Of a stretch of DNA of 64,000 bases, positions 11,262 through 21,269 are shown piece by piece. Below the pieces are notes generated by a model. The model made no database searches. It was not told the origin of the DNA and saw only the letters and a program-made list of their open reading frames with translations. The stretch is from Candidatus Arcticimaribacter sp. (GTDB lineage: Bacteria; Bacteroidota; Bacteroidia; Flavobacteriales; Flavobacteriaceae), in the NCBI GenBank assembly GCA_965658115.1, contig CBFHRA010000003.1, positions 55,617 through 119,616 on the forward strand. The letters are read 5' to 3'. The position numbers were made by a program, and so were the translations under genes. Every line of letters starts with the position of its first letter. Positions within the stretch are counted from its first letter, which is position 1.

Positions 11262-12791
11262 ATGACAGATTTTAAGAAGATCATTTCTCACGCAAAAGAA
11301 TACGGTTTTGTATTCCCTTCAAGTGAAATTTACGACGGTTTAAGCGCTGTGTATGACTATGCACAAAATGGTGCTGCCCTCAAGAAAAACATACGTGACT
11401 ACTGGTGGAAAGCCATGGTACAATTACACAGTAATATTGTGGGAATCGACGCCGCAATCTTTATGCATCCCACCACCTGGAAAGCTTCTGGTCATGTGGA
11501 TGCTTTTAATGATCCATTAATCGATAATAAAGACTCTAAAAAGCGTTATCGCGCAGATGTTTTAGTAGAAGATTACTGCGCTAAGATTGAAGTAAAAATT
11601 GAGAAAGAAGTCAAGAAAGCGGCAAAGCGTTTTGGTGAAACCTTCGATAAAGCTCAATTCATTTCCACAAATCCACGCGTAGTGGGGTATCAAGAAAAAA
11701 TTGATACCATCTTAAAACGTTTAGGACAATCTTTAGAAAAAGAAGATTTAGCCGATGTTAAAGCGTTGATTGAAGAATTAGATATTGCTTGCCCAGAATC
11801 TGGCTCTAGAAACTGGACCGACGTCAAGCAATTTAATTTGATGTTTGGCACAAAACTAGGCGCCTCTGCAGAGTCTGCCATGGATTTATATTTACGTCCA
11901 GAAACCGCGCAAGGAATTTTTGTCAACTTCCTCAATGTGCAAAAAACAGGCCGTATGAAAATCCCGTTTGGAATTGCTCAAACAGGAAAAGCCTTTAGAA
12001 ACGAAATCGTTGCACGACAGTTTATCTTTCGCATGCGTGAATTTGAACAAATGGAAATGCAATTCTTTGTTCCTCCAGGGACACAAAAAGAATGGTATGA
12101 AAAGTGGAAAGAAACCCGTTTAAAATGGCACTTATCGCTAGGAATGGGAGAAGATAATTATCGTTTCCACGACCATGAAAAGTTAGCCCATTATGCAGAC
12201 GCCGCTGCAGATATCGAATTCAAATTCCCTTTTGGCTTTAAAGAATTAGAAGGAATCCACTCTAGAACAGACTTTGACTTATCTAGTCACGAAGAGTTTT
12301 CTGGAAAAAAATTACAGTACTTCGATCCAGAACGCAACGAGAATTATGTCCCTTATGTGGTGGAAACTTCGATTGGACTAGACAGAATGTTCTTAGCGAC
12401 TTTTTCTTGGGCGCTTCGAGAAGAAACTTTAGAAGACGGGAGTCAACGCACCGTGTTAAAACTACCTGCAGTTTTAGCGCCTACAAAAGTGGCCGTACTT
12501 CCATTAGTAAAGAAAGACGGTTTACCCGATTTAGCGCATCAAATTGTCGATAGCCTTAAATGGGAGCAGGCGGTTGCTTATGACGAAAAAGATGCCGTTG
12601 GACGCCGTTATCGCCGTCAAGATGCACTAGGGACGCCTTACTGTATTACGGTCGATCACCAATCTTTAGAAGACAAGACAGTGACCCTTCGCGATCGCGA
12701 TAGTATGGAGCAAGAGCGTATTGCGATAGCAGACCTATCTGCTTATTTAGATGCAAAGCTCAATGTTAAACACTGGTTGAAGAATATTTAA
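11262..12791 (+). CDS. glyQS: Glycine--tRNA ligase (homodimeric alpha2 type)
   Basis: SEIY.G, LRPETAQGIF, GKAFRNEI, REFEQME, PYVVETSIG, GRRYRRQD..GTP. Confidence 0.96.
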   Translation: MTDFKKIISHAKEYGFVFPSSEIYDGLSAVYDYAQNGAALKKNIRDYWWKAMVQLHSNIVGIDAAIFMHPTTWKASGHVDAFNDPLIDNKDSKKRYRADVLVEDYCAKIEVKIEKEVKKAAKRFGETFDKAQFISTNPRVVGYQEKIDTILKRLGQSLEKEDLADVKALIEELDIACPESGSRNWTDVKQFNLMFGTKLGASAESAMDLYLRPETAQGIFVNFLNVQKTGRMKIPFGIAQTGKAFRNEIVARQFIFRMREFEQMEMQFFVPPGTQKEWYEKWKETRLKWHLSLGMGEDNYRFHDHEKLAHYADAAADIEFKFPFGFKELEGIHSRTDFDLSSHEEFSGKKLQYFDPERNENYVPYVVETSIGLDRMFLATFSWALREETLEDGSQRTVLKLPAVLAPTKVAVLPLVKKDGLPDLAHQIVDSLKWEQAVAYDEKDAVGRRYRRQDALGTPYCITVDHQSLEDKTVTLRDRDSMEQERIAIADLSAYLDAKLNVKHWLKNI

Positions 12792-13402
12792 AATCTTCTA
12801 CCAATGGCAAAATTTATTCTTGGATAAGCAGTATTTGTAAGATAGGCATCGCTGTCTGATTTAAAATTAAAATATCGGTCTACTCCTGCGTGGATTTCAA
12901 ATGTATATCGTTTTTGATTAACCCATTTGAATCCAATAACCGCTCCTCCGGCTAGTCCAAAAAAGTTTTTTTCGACGTAGTCGGAATTAACACTCTGCAA
13001 GTCATAGTCGTTATAGTACCGATAATAATCATCTTCACCAGAAGTTAGACTTAGAAAAGGTTGTACAAAAAAGCCAGAATTATGTGCACTTTTTCGTTGA
13101 AAGTACAGGCGATAATAAGGAGAGATTTCAAAGTACTCGTAGCGGTAAGCCTCAGAAAATTCGTTATCAAGGTTAATGAAGGCCGTCACCCCCCAACTCG
13201 ATAAATCATCAATAAAGCGTTCATAGGAGACATCTATTCCTGGAAGTACAATCAATTGAAAGATGTCTAAGCGAACCTCGTGCTTAGTGATCAAGCTGTC
13301 TGTGGTTGCTTTATTTTGAGCGTTTATGCTCCAACAAAAGAAAATGGAAAGCAGTAAAAAGGAAAAACTCCTTTTGTTGATTTGGTTGACAAAAGTGTTC
13401 AT
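12788..13402 (-). CDS. Small outer-membrane beta-barrel protein (DUF3575-like)
   Basis: Signal peptide, SYER, PYYRLYF, GFFVQPF, G.KWV and C-terminal IGRRF. Confidence 0.6.
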   Translation of the reverse strand: MNTFVNQINKRSFSFLLLSIFFCWSINAQNKATTDSLITKHEVRLDIFQLIVLPGIDVSYERFIDDLSSWGVTAFINLDNEFSEAYRYEYFEISPYYRLYFQRKSAHNSGFFVQPFLSLTSGEDDYYRYYNDYDLQSVNSDYVEKNFFGLAGGAVIGFKWVNQKRYTFEIHAGVDRYFNFKSDSDAYLTNTAYPRINFAIGRRF

Positions 13403-13466
13403 AGTTTGTAGATTAAAAGATTAGGTGCATTATAAAGATAGAGAACAAATTGGTAATTTAGATACG

Positions 13467-14225
13467 ATGAAAATTATTTCCTATAATGTTAACGGAATTC
13501 GCGCTGCGCTTAAAAAAGATTTTGTTCAATGGTTAAAAGCCGCTGATCCAGATGTGGTTTGCCTACAAGAAACCAAAGCCATGCAAGAGCAAGTCGACAT
13601 GACAGAAATTGAAGCCTTAGGCTATCAACACTATTGGTTTTCTGCTCAGAAAAAAGGTTATAGCGGTGTCGCGATCTTAAGCAAAACAGTTCCTAATAAC
13701 GTCACTTATGGTACCGGGATTGATCATATGGATTTTGAGGGGCGGGTAATAAGAGCAGACTTTGACACATGTTCTGTGATGAGTCTTTATCTCCCTTCGG
13801 GGACAAATACAGATCGCCTGGAATACAAGTTTAAATTCATGGACGACTTCAAGGAATATATCGATAGCTTAAAACAAGATTTCCCTCAACTTGTGATTTG
13901 CGGGGATTACAATATTTGCCATGAAGCAATTGATATTCATGACCCAGTTAGGAATAAAAATGTTTCTGGTTTTTTACCACAAGAACGAGAATGGTTAGAT
14001 AACTTTTTACAAAGTGGTTTTATTGACTCTTTTAGATATTTAAATCCAGACCCCCATCATTACAGTTGGTGGAGTTATCGCGCTAATGCTCGCGCGAACA
14101 ATAAAGGTTGGCGAATCGATTATGCATTGGTTAGCGCGCCTTTGAAAGAAAATATTTCCCGTTCATATATCTTACCAGAAGCCTATCATTCTGACCATTG
14201 CCCAGTTGTGGTTGAATTAAGTTAA
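13467..14225 (+). CDS. xth: Exodeoxyribonuclease III
   Basis: ISYNVNGIRA, LQETK, KKGYSGVA, GDYNI.H, GWRIDY, SDHCP; ATG at 13467. Confidence 0.95.
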   Translation: MKIISYNVNGIRAALKKDFVQWLKAADPDVVCLQETKAMQEQVDMTEIEALGYQHYWFSAQKKGYSGVAILSKTVPNNVTYGTGIDHMDFEGRVIRADFDTCSVMSLYLPSGTNTDRLEYKFKFMDDFKEYIDSLKQDFPQLVICGDYNICHEAIDIHDPVRNKNVSGFLPQEREWLDNFLQSGFIDSFRYLNPDPHHYSWWSYRANARANNKGWRIDYALVSAPLKENISRSYILPEAYHSDHCPVVVELS

Positions 14226-14240
14226 ACGAAAATAATATAG

Positions 14241-15179
14241 ATGAAAAAATTCCTTCTTTTATTGATTTTACCCTTATGCACAAGTTGCGTTTCTTCTAAA
14301 ATCTTTAACGAAATAGAAAGTCGATATGCTACCCTAAAAGGGGAAAATGCAGCCTTAGAAACAGAGCATGACCAACTCATTAAAAACTATGATTCTTTAC
14401 GTTATCACTATGGTGAATTAGTGGGGCAATATGAAAAGCAAAGTCAAATGCTCGCCACGACTTCGGGAACCTTAGCGACCTTACAAGATGCGTATACCGC
14501 TTTAGAACAGAACAGCAATGAAGCTTTGCAGGCGAGTATCGAAAAAAACCGTGGCCTTTTAGAAGAAATTCAAATCAAAGAAGGGGAACTGTTGTCTGAA
14601 AGAACCCGCCTGGATTCTTTGCGTAATGAATTGTCTTCTAGAATTAGTAGAGTAGAAGAACTCGAAGGATTAATCGCCGACAAAGAGGCCTTAATGAGTG
14701 CTTTAAAAAATGCCCTCGCAGATGCTTTAGTAAGTTTTAAAGGTAATGGACTTTCTGTAGAACAACGCGGAGGAAAAGTCTATGTATCTATGGAAAATAA
14801 ACTCTTATTCCAGTCGGGAAGTTGGTCAGTGGGAAGCACCGGGAAACAAGCTCTAAAGCAGTTAGGAAATGTCTTAGCTGCAAACCCAGAAATTGCTGTT
14901 TTGATTGAAGGGCATACCGACTCTGATCCCTATATCGGGAGTGATAACTTGAGTGGAAACTGGGACTTATCGACTAAAAGAGCCACAGAGATCGTCAAGT
15001 TATTATTAAAGAACAACAGCATTAAAGCCGAAAACTTAACTGCAGCCGGGAGAGGGCAACACCTCCCTTTGGCAACAAATAAAACCGCAGCTGGGAAAGC
15101 AAAAAACAGGAGAATAGAAGTTATTTTAACACCAAAATTGGATAAAATTGCCGCCTTGCTCGAAGGTGTAGAAGACTAA
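14241..15179 (+). CDS. OmpA/MotB-domain lipoprotein with coiled coil
   Basis: Lipobox TSC-VSSK, long coiled coil, LLF.SGS, IEGHTD, NWDLS..RA, NRRIEVIL.P. Confidence 0.88.
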   Translation: MKKFLLLLILPLCTSCVSSKIFNEIESRYATLKGENAALETEHDQLIKNYDSLRYHYGELVGQYEKQSQMLATTSGTLATLQDAYTALEQNSNEALQASIEKNRGLLEEIQIKEGELLSERTRLDSLRNELSSRISRVEELEGLIADKEALMSALKNALADALVSFKGNGLSVEQRGGKVYVSMENKLLFQSGSWSVGSTGKQALKQLGNVLAANPEIAVLIEGHTDSDPYIGSDNLSGNWDLSTKRATEIVKLLLKNNSIKAENLTAAGRGQHLPLATNKTAAGKAKNRRIEVILTPKLDKIAALLEGVED

Positions 15180-15186
15180 ATCATTT

Positions 15187-16224
15187 ATGAAATATACCGT
15201 ATTACCCTCAACAGACATTAAGGTCTCAAAATTGTGTTTAGGGACCATGACTTTTGGGAATCAAAACACAGAAGCCGAAGGCCACGCCCAAATGGATCTC
15301 GCCCTTGAAAGAGGGATTAACTTTTTTGATACCGCAGAATTATATCCCGTTCCTGCTACCGCAAAAACCTATGCCGATACTGAACGCATCATGGGGACAT
15401 GGTTTAAAAAGACAGGAAATCGCAATAAAATTGTGCTCACCTCAAAGATTGTAGGAGGTGGCACTTATACTGCCCATATCCGCGATCATGATATGTTTAG
15501 CCCAAAGCACATTCGCGAAGCGCTTGAAGGGAGTTTAAAGCGTTTAAATACTGACTACCTGGACTTGTATCAGTTGCACTGGCCAGAGAGAAAAACAAAC
15601 TTTTTTAGCGTTCGAGGCTATAAAGGACATCCAGATAAAGATCCATGGGAAGATAATTTTGAAGCCATTCTAGCAACCCTTGCAGAACTAATTCAAGAAG
15701 GGAAAATCAAACATATTGGTTTGTCAAATGAGACTCCCTGGGGCATACACCGCTGTTTGCAATTAGCCGAAAAAGGATACCCAAAAATGATTACGGTTCA
15801 AAACCCTTACAACTTACTCAATCGTTTGTTCGAGGTAGGCAATTCAGAAATGTGCATGCGAGAAGGAATGGGCTTGCTGGCTTATTCTCCGCTAGGCTTT
15901 GGTCGTTTAACTGGGAAGTACCGCAATGGGATGCCAGAAAACTCTCGCTTTAAACTCTTTCCTAATTTAGCTCGTTTTAATGGAGACAACAGTATTTTAG
16001 CCACAGACGAATATTATAAAATCGCGCAAGAATTTAACCTTTCGCTTACGCAAATGGCTTTAGCTTTTGTCACTGATCGACCTTTTGTCACCTCAAATAT
16101 TATCGGTGCGACCAACCTTGAGCAGCTAGAAGAAAACATCGCTTCTGTAGATATTGATCTTTCAAAAGAGGTGTTAAAAGCAATAGAGGCAGTACAAGAA
16201 AGGATTCCTAATCCAGCGCCATAG
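15187..16224 (+). CDS. Aldo/keto reductase (Tas-like)
   Basis: LGTMTFG.QN, DTAELYP, LYQLHWP.R, IGLSNETPWG, QNPYNLLNR, YSPL. Confidence 0.92.
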   Translation: MKYTVLPSTDIKVSKLCLGTMTFGNQNTEAEGHAQMDLALERGINFFDTAELYPVPATAKTYADTERIMGTWFKKTGNRNKIVLTSKIVGGGTYTAHIRDHDMFSPKHIREALEGSLKRLNTDYLDLYQLHWPERKTNFFSVRGYKGHPDKDPWEDNFEAILATLAELIQEGKIKHIGLSNETPWGIHRCLQLAEKGYPKMITVQNPYNLLNRLFEVGNSEMCMREGMGLLAYSPLGFGRLTGKYRNGMPENSRFKLFPNLARFNGDNSILATDEYYKIAQEFNLSLTQMALAFVTDRPFVTSNIIGATNLEQLEENIASVDIDLSKEVLKAIEAVQERIPNPAP

Positions 16225-16286
16225 GGAAGTATTACTCAAGACTTACGTCAAAAGATTTGTATAGAATAATAGAATTGGCTTATCTA

Positions 16287-17969
16287 TTATAAAATTGCGG
16301 CTAAAAGCGCTTTAGAAAATTCTGTTTGCGGATTGTGATACAGTTCATCGGCTTCGTTTTCTTCAACAATAGAGCCTTGATGCATCACTATAATGCGATC
16401 TGCCATGTGTTTGACGACATTCAAATCGTGGGAGACAAAAAGGTAAGAAAGCTTCAATTCTTTTTTGAGGTGATTTAACAAATTCAATACCTGTGCTTGC
16501 ACAGAAATATCGAGCGCTGCGACGCTTTCGTCACACAATAATACCTTTGGTTCAACCGCCAGTGCTCTTGCAATCACGACGCGTTGTCGCTGTCCGCCAG
16601 AAAGTTGATGTGGGTAACGATTACTAAAATCAGGGGAGAGGCCTACCTGTGTTAAAAGGGCTGTAATTCTTTCGCTTCGCTCCAAAGAATCTAAGCCTGT
16701 ATGTACTACTAATACTTCGTCAATCGCTGCAGCAATCGTCTTTAATGGGTGAAGTGCCGCATAAGGATCCTGAAAGATAAACTGTATGTCTTTGCGCAGT
16801 TGTTTGATCTGTTGAGACTGTTCCTTTTTAATCAATTCCCCTTTCCAAAAAACTTCTCCACGGTTCGCAGGATCGAGAAAGACAAGGGCTTTAGCTAAGG
16901 TAGATTTCCCACAACCAGACGCACCGACTAAACCTAAGGTCTCCCCGGGATAAAGGTCAAAGCTAATGTCTTTAAGCGCTAGTGTTGGCCGTTGTTGCTT
17001 ACCTAGTAAAGAGGGATTTAAATAGCTTTTTTCTAGTTGTTTTACACTTAATAAAGGAGCTTGTTTGTATAGTTTTTTATGCTGTTGTTCTCTTTCTTTT
17101 TGGGCAACAATTTGCGGTTGAAAATCTCCATGAGAAAAATCACTTAAAGTGGGCAATTCTCGCAGGCGTTGATCTTTTGGGGGTCGGGCATTGAGTAACC
17201 CTTTTGTATAGGGGTGCTGGGGATTTTGAAAGAGGGTTTTTGTAGGAGCTTGTTCGACAATTTTTCCGGCTTGCATCACAGCGATACGATCGGCTAGATT
17301 CGCGACAAGAGACAAATCGTGTGAGATAAATAAAACACTCATTTGATATTGGTCTTGCAGGGATTTGATCAATTCAATGATTTCTTTTTGGACTAGGACG
17401 TCTAATGCGGTTGTAGGTTCGTCTGCAATCAAAAGTTTTGGCGCGCAAAATAGCGCCATGGCAATCATGATGCGTTGCTTTTGCCCGCCGCTCAATTGAT
17501 GTGGGTAAGCCTCATAAATACGTTCAGGATCGGGTAATTGTACATGGGTAAGTGCTTCAATAACTTTGGCCCTAAGGGCCTGCTTAGAAAGATCACTAGA
17601 CAGATGTTGCCGCCCCAGTTCTTCAATTTGTTCACCGCAGCGCATCGATGGATTAAGCGAAGATTGCGGCTCTTGAAAAACCATCCCTAATTCGTTTCCG
17701 CGAAGTTTTTCCCATTCTTTTGTGGTCAGGTCAAGTAAATTGTTGTTGTCAAAATGGATGGTACCACTTTCAATCTGGGTTTGTTTTTTGGGTAATAGCC
17801 CCATCACAGCTTGAGCGGTGACAGATTTCCCACTACCAGATTCCCCAACTAGAGCGACAATTTCGTTGGTTTTAACATTTAAATTGATGTCCGTTAGAAT
17901 GCGATTCTCGCCGATAGAAAGGGATAAGTTATCAATGGATAAAAGTGCTGCATCTATTCGCTTAGCCAT
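16287..17969 (-). CDS. Peptide/nickel ABC transporter ATP-binding protein (fused double ATPase)
   Basis: Two Walker A motifs (GESGSGKS, GASGCGKS), two LSGGQ signatures, DEPTTALD and DESVAALD. Confidence 0.93.
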   Translation of the reverse strand: MAKRIDAALLSIDNLSLSIGENRILTDINLNVKTNEIVALVGESGSGKSVTAQAVMGLLPKKQTQIESGTIHFDNNNLLDLTTKEWEKLRGNELGMVFQEPQSSLNPSMRCGEQIEELGRQHLSSDLSKQALRAKVIEALTHVQLPDPERIYEAYPHQLSGGQKQRIMIAMALFCAPKLLIADEPTTALDVLVQKEIIELIKSLQDQYQMSVLFISHDLSLVANLADRIAVMQAGKIVEQAPTKTLFQNPQHPYTKGLLNARPPKDQRLRELPTLSDFSHGDFQPQIVAQKEREQQHKKLYKQAPLLSVKQLEKSYLNPSLLGKQQRPTLALKDISFDLYPGETLGLVGASGCGKSTLAKALVFLDPANRGEVFWKGELIKKEQSQQIKQLRKDIQFIFQDPYAALHPLKTIAAAIDEVLVVHTGLDSLERSERITALLTQVGLSPDFSNRYPHQLSGGQRQRVVIARALAVEPKVLLCDESVAALDISVQAQVLNLLNHLKKELKLSYLFVSHDLNVVKHMADRIIVMHQGSIVEENEADELYHNPQTEFSKALLAAIL

Positions 17970-18676
17970 ACAATTTGATTTTCCTCCAATAAGGGTTTAT
18001 TTAAGAAAGTTAAAAATACTTGGGCTAAAGTTAAGACGTCTTTTTCGCAATAGCGCACAATGCGATCGAGGTTTTTTTCTTGATAATAAACGCGAGCAAC
18101 ATCACTGCCATCGATATCATCTTTAGGCGTTGGGATTCCAAAAATTTCAGCTAATAAAGCTAAAGAGGTGTAGTGCTTATAGTCGCCAAATTTCCATAAT
18201 TGTAGGGTATCGAGATGTTGCACTTCCCAAGGCTTTTTTCCAAAGAGGTTGAGGATTTTAGGGAGGCTAATCCTGTGAATCACCATGCGTCTTGCGATAT
18301 AGGGAAAATCAAATTCTTTCCCGTTGTGGGCGCAAAGTAAGTGAGATTTTAAATAAAAGTGTTCGTCGCAAAGTTGTTTAAACTGCAAGAGAATATTTTC
18401 TTCCTCACCAGCAAAACTTTTAATTCTAAGTTGTTTGCTGTTAGGAGCATTTGTATCAAAAAAGCCTACGGAGATGCATACAATTTTCCCAAATTCTGCC
18501 CATATGCCTGCTCTTTCATAAAACGTTTCAGGACTTTGATCCCCTTTGCGCTGATAGGCTGTTTTTTGTTCCCACAAGGCTTGCCTTTCAGGCGATAATC
18601 CATCGTGTTTTTGTTCCTCTGGGACAGTCTCGATGTCCAGGAATAAGATTTTTGCTAAATCAAGGTTGCGTAACAT
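17954..18676 (-). CDS. Predicted 3'-5' exonuclease related to the PolB exonuclease domain
   Basis: FLDIETVP, AEFGKIVCIS, HNGKEFDFP, YCEKDV (DEDDy-type motifs). Confidence 0.88.
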   Translation of the reverse strand: MLRNLDLAKILFLDIETVPEEQKHDGLSPERQALWEQKTAYQRKGDQSPETFYERAGIWAEFGKIVCISVGFFDTNAPNSKQLRIKSFAGEEENILLQFKQLCDEHFYLKSHLLCAHNGKEFDFPYIARRMVIHRISLPKILNLFGKKPWEVQHLDTLQLWKFGDYKHYTSLALLAEIFGIPTPKDDIDGSDVARVYYQEKNLDRIVRYCEKDVLTLAQVFLTFLNKPLLEENQIVWLSE

Positions 18677-19814
18677 TTGCTATCATTTCAAAACCTTCTT
18701 GTATATAGTCGTGGAAGCTTTGTGGCCCAAAACGGTCTTTCTTTGGTCCTTTTTGACGTCCTAAACGTACAATGATCAAATCACTTTCTGGGAAGACGAT
18801 AATATACTGCCCCAAGTGACCACGCATCGCATAACCGTTTTCTCCCTTGTATTGAGCTAGCCACCAGCCATATCCATATTCTGGGCTGTCTTCAAATCGC
18901 GGTTGGGTACTTTTAGCAATAAAGGCAGAGTCGAGTAATTGTTTGCCATTCCACTTTCCGTGGTCTTTATATAATTTCCCCATACGGGCAAAATCTTTTG
19001 CATTTGTCGCAAAGCAACAATAGGCTTTTTCCATGCCGTTTTCTTTGCTGTCTAGTTGCCATAAAGCATCTTCCATGGCACCCATAGGTTGCCAAAAGTT
19101 TTCAGAAAAATAACTGCTTAAAGATTGTCCCACGGCCTTTTTAATGACCATCCCTAAGAGCTGTGTGGCGCCACTGTAATAGACAAAGCCTTCTCCTGGA
19201 GGAGTTACAATTTTTCGATTTAGCATTAGCTTATCTAAATTTGGCGTGATATACGCCTCCATCATTCCATTGATTGAAAGGTCGTATTTCTCGTTCCAGT
19301 CTAGTCCAGTTGCCATAGAAGACAAATCTCCCACGGTTAAGTCTGCGGCTAAACCTTCGCTAAATTCGGGATAAAAGTCGCCCACTTTTTGATCTAAACT
19401 TTCGATATGCCCTTGATCAATGGCCTTTCCTAACATGGCAGAAACAAAGCTTTTTGCAACAGAAAACGAATTACTCTTTGAAGTATCAGAATAATCTTGA
19501 TAATAAGACTCGTGTAACAAGCTGTCTTTGTGAATCACTAAAAAAGCAACCGATTCATACTTCTTATGCACCTCAGTGATTTTATTCGATAAAGGGATAC
19601 TGTTGTACTGTGCGTGTTTAGGCCATTCTTCAGGGTTATTTGACGCTTTTACTACCGCATTATCAAAGTATTGATAATCCTCTAAAAAGGCTGTATCCCT
19701 ACCTGTTTTAATGGCTTGCTTTGCTGCAATAAAGATGAAATTGTAAGGGCTAATGTAAAGTACAATTAGAAAGAGGAGGATAGCTCCTAAAGCGTAACGC
19801 AAAAATTGTTTCAT
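18660..19814 (-). CDS. Serine hydrolase, beta-lactamase class C-like family
   Basis: SxxK (SFSVAKS), YYS, YGYGWW, GHLGQY; N-terminal membrane anchor. Confidence 0.88.
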   Translation of the reverse strand: MKQFLRYALGAILLFLIVLYISPYNFIFIAAKQAIKTGRDTAFLEDYQYFDNAVVKASNNPEEWPKHAQYNSIPLSNKITEVHKKYESVAFLVIHKDSLLHESYYQDYSDTSKSNSFSVAKSFVSAMLGKAIDQGHIESLDQKVGDFYPEFSEGLAADLTVGDLSSMATGLDWNEKYDLSINGMMEAYITPNLDKLMLNRKIVTPPGEGFVYYSGATQLLGMVIKKAVGQSLSSYFSENFWQPMGAMEDALWQLDSKENGMEKAYCCFATNAKDFARMGKLYKDHGKWNGKQLLDSAFIAKSTQPRFEDSPEYGYGWWLAQYKGENGYAMRGHLGQYIIVFPESDLIIVRLGRQKGPKKDRFGPQSFHDYIQEGFEMIANVTQP

Positions 19815-19838
19815 AGTAATACCGTTTTAAACGGTGCA

Positions 19839-20312
19839 TTAAATTAATCTCTTCTGGACAGGGAAGCCTTCAGTTTCAAGTAAAGTTTCTTTTCTGTCTA
19901 ATCCGCCAGAATAACCCACCAGTGTACCATCACTGCCGATTACCCTGTGGCATGGGATAGCCACTAAGATAGGATTTTTTCCTATAGCCGCAGCGACAGC
20001 TCGAACAGCCTTTGTATTCCCATAAAGCCGCGATAATGTTAAGTATGAAATTGTACTACCAAAGGGAAGTTCCTTTAATAAATTCCAAATGGCTTTTTGG
20101 AAATCTGTCCCCTGAGGATTCATTTTAAAATTAAACATATGAAGATTACCAGCAAAGTATTGCTGAAGCTGTTCCACACAGGGAACTAAACTTATGGGTA
20201 CAGTATTTTCCATTTCAAGGGTACTTTCTTCAAAAAGTACTTCTTGAACTCCCGCGACATCACCTCTTACCTTAATTGTACCCAATGGACTATCAAAGTA
20301 ATGTATATCCAA
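19839..20312 (-). CDS. ogt: Methylated-DNA--protein-cysteine methyltransferase
   Basis: GTDFQ..W..L, AVRAVA.A.G.NP, PCHRV active site; TTG at 20312 preferred as start. Confidence 0.9.
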   Translation of the reverse strand: MDIHYFDSPLGTIKVRGDVAGVQEVLFEESTLEMENTVPISLVPCVEQLQQYFAGNLHMFNFKMNPQGTDFQKAIWNLLKELPFGSTISYLTLSRLYGNTKAVRAVAAAIGKNPILVAIPCHRVIGSDGTLVGYSGGLDRKETLLETEGFPVQKRLI

Positions 20313-20420
20313 GACGGTGTTATTAATATAGAATATAAAGGTAGACAAAATAAAGTTGTAATGAGGATAATTAAATTTAAATGAATGAAATTCAACTAAT
20401 TCGTTTTATTGAAAAGCCTG

Positions 20421-21269
20421 CTATGGTTGATAAGAAATCCCGGTCGAAAAGGCGGGAGCTCTGTATAATACTCGACCGCTGAGGGGATAAGAACCACTAA
20501 GTCCCCAACTCAATTTTGGACTTAATTGATAGATCAACTCACCTCCTAGATTGACCACTTCGACATTGTTCGCGAAAATACTTCCATTGCTGTTTGATGC
20601 GTCTAGGCTACCATTGTGAAAAGACTGTATGGTACTACTTCTTAATAGAAGTAATAATTTCTCTTTAAAAACTTTGGTTCCTGTTTCAATATTTGCGTGA
20701 AATTCATCTGAAAAGCCATTTGAACGTTGATTGACGCCCACACTTGCTTTGGCATAAAAATGCTGTGCTCCTAGTTGATAAGATTTCCCGGTATGAAAAC
20801 GCAACAGCTGATTAAACTCTCCATCTCCTGTTTGATAGCTCCCATCACTCCCGCCGCGATTTTTCCCGCTGGGTAAGCCTAAACTAAGGGAGATGGAATG
20901 GGCCCAGCCTTTATTTTTGGCTACTTGATATTCCACCCCCAGATTAATGTCCCCTAAACTCGAAAATTGCTCTCCAGGAATCTTTTCTCTCCCAGAACTA
21001 AACACCTGTGCGTTTTGATAAACCCTAGTGTGCGGGATATAACCGATCAAAGTAATTTTATCGTTTAGGCCATATCGGCCAAAGAAATTAGTGATAAACA
21101 AACCCCTTGTTGCATTAGGATCAACTAGGCCTGTATTTGTATAATGCTCATCTGCTTCTATCCACCATGCCCCAATTTTATAATAGCCTTTTCCTTTTTC
21201 TTGTGTCCATTGTGCTTGTAGATTCATCCCGAATAAGCAAGCATAAAGTAGTATTAACTTTTTCATCAA
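20421..21269 (-). CDS. Hypothetical outer-membrane beta-barrel protein, translationally coupled to DM13 lipoprotein
   Basis: Signal peptide then QWTQEKGKGY, LGDINLG, QTGDGEFNQ, amphipathic strands; 4-nt overlap with upstream gene. Confidence 0.65.
   Translation of the reverse strand: MMKKLILLYACLFGMNLQAQWTQEKGKGYYKIGAWWIEADEHYTNTGLVDPNATRGLFITNFFGRYGLNDKITLIGYIPHTRVYQNAQVFSSGREKIPGEQFSSLGDINLGVEYQVAKNKGWAHSISLSLGLPSGKNRGGSDGSYQTGDGEFNQLLRFHTGKSYQLGAQHFYAKASVGVNQRSNGFSDEFHANIETGTKVFKEKLLLLLRSSTIQSFHNGSLDASNSNGSIFANNVEVVNLGGELIYQLSPKLSWGLSGSYPLSGRVLYRAPAFSTGISYQP

Noticed and set aside
14241-15179. Flagellar motor MotB
   Set aside because: No motA or flagellar genes and no MotB TM Asp motif; it is an OmpA-domain lipoprotein
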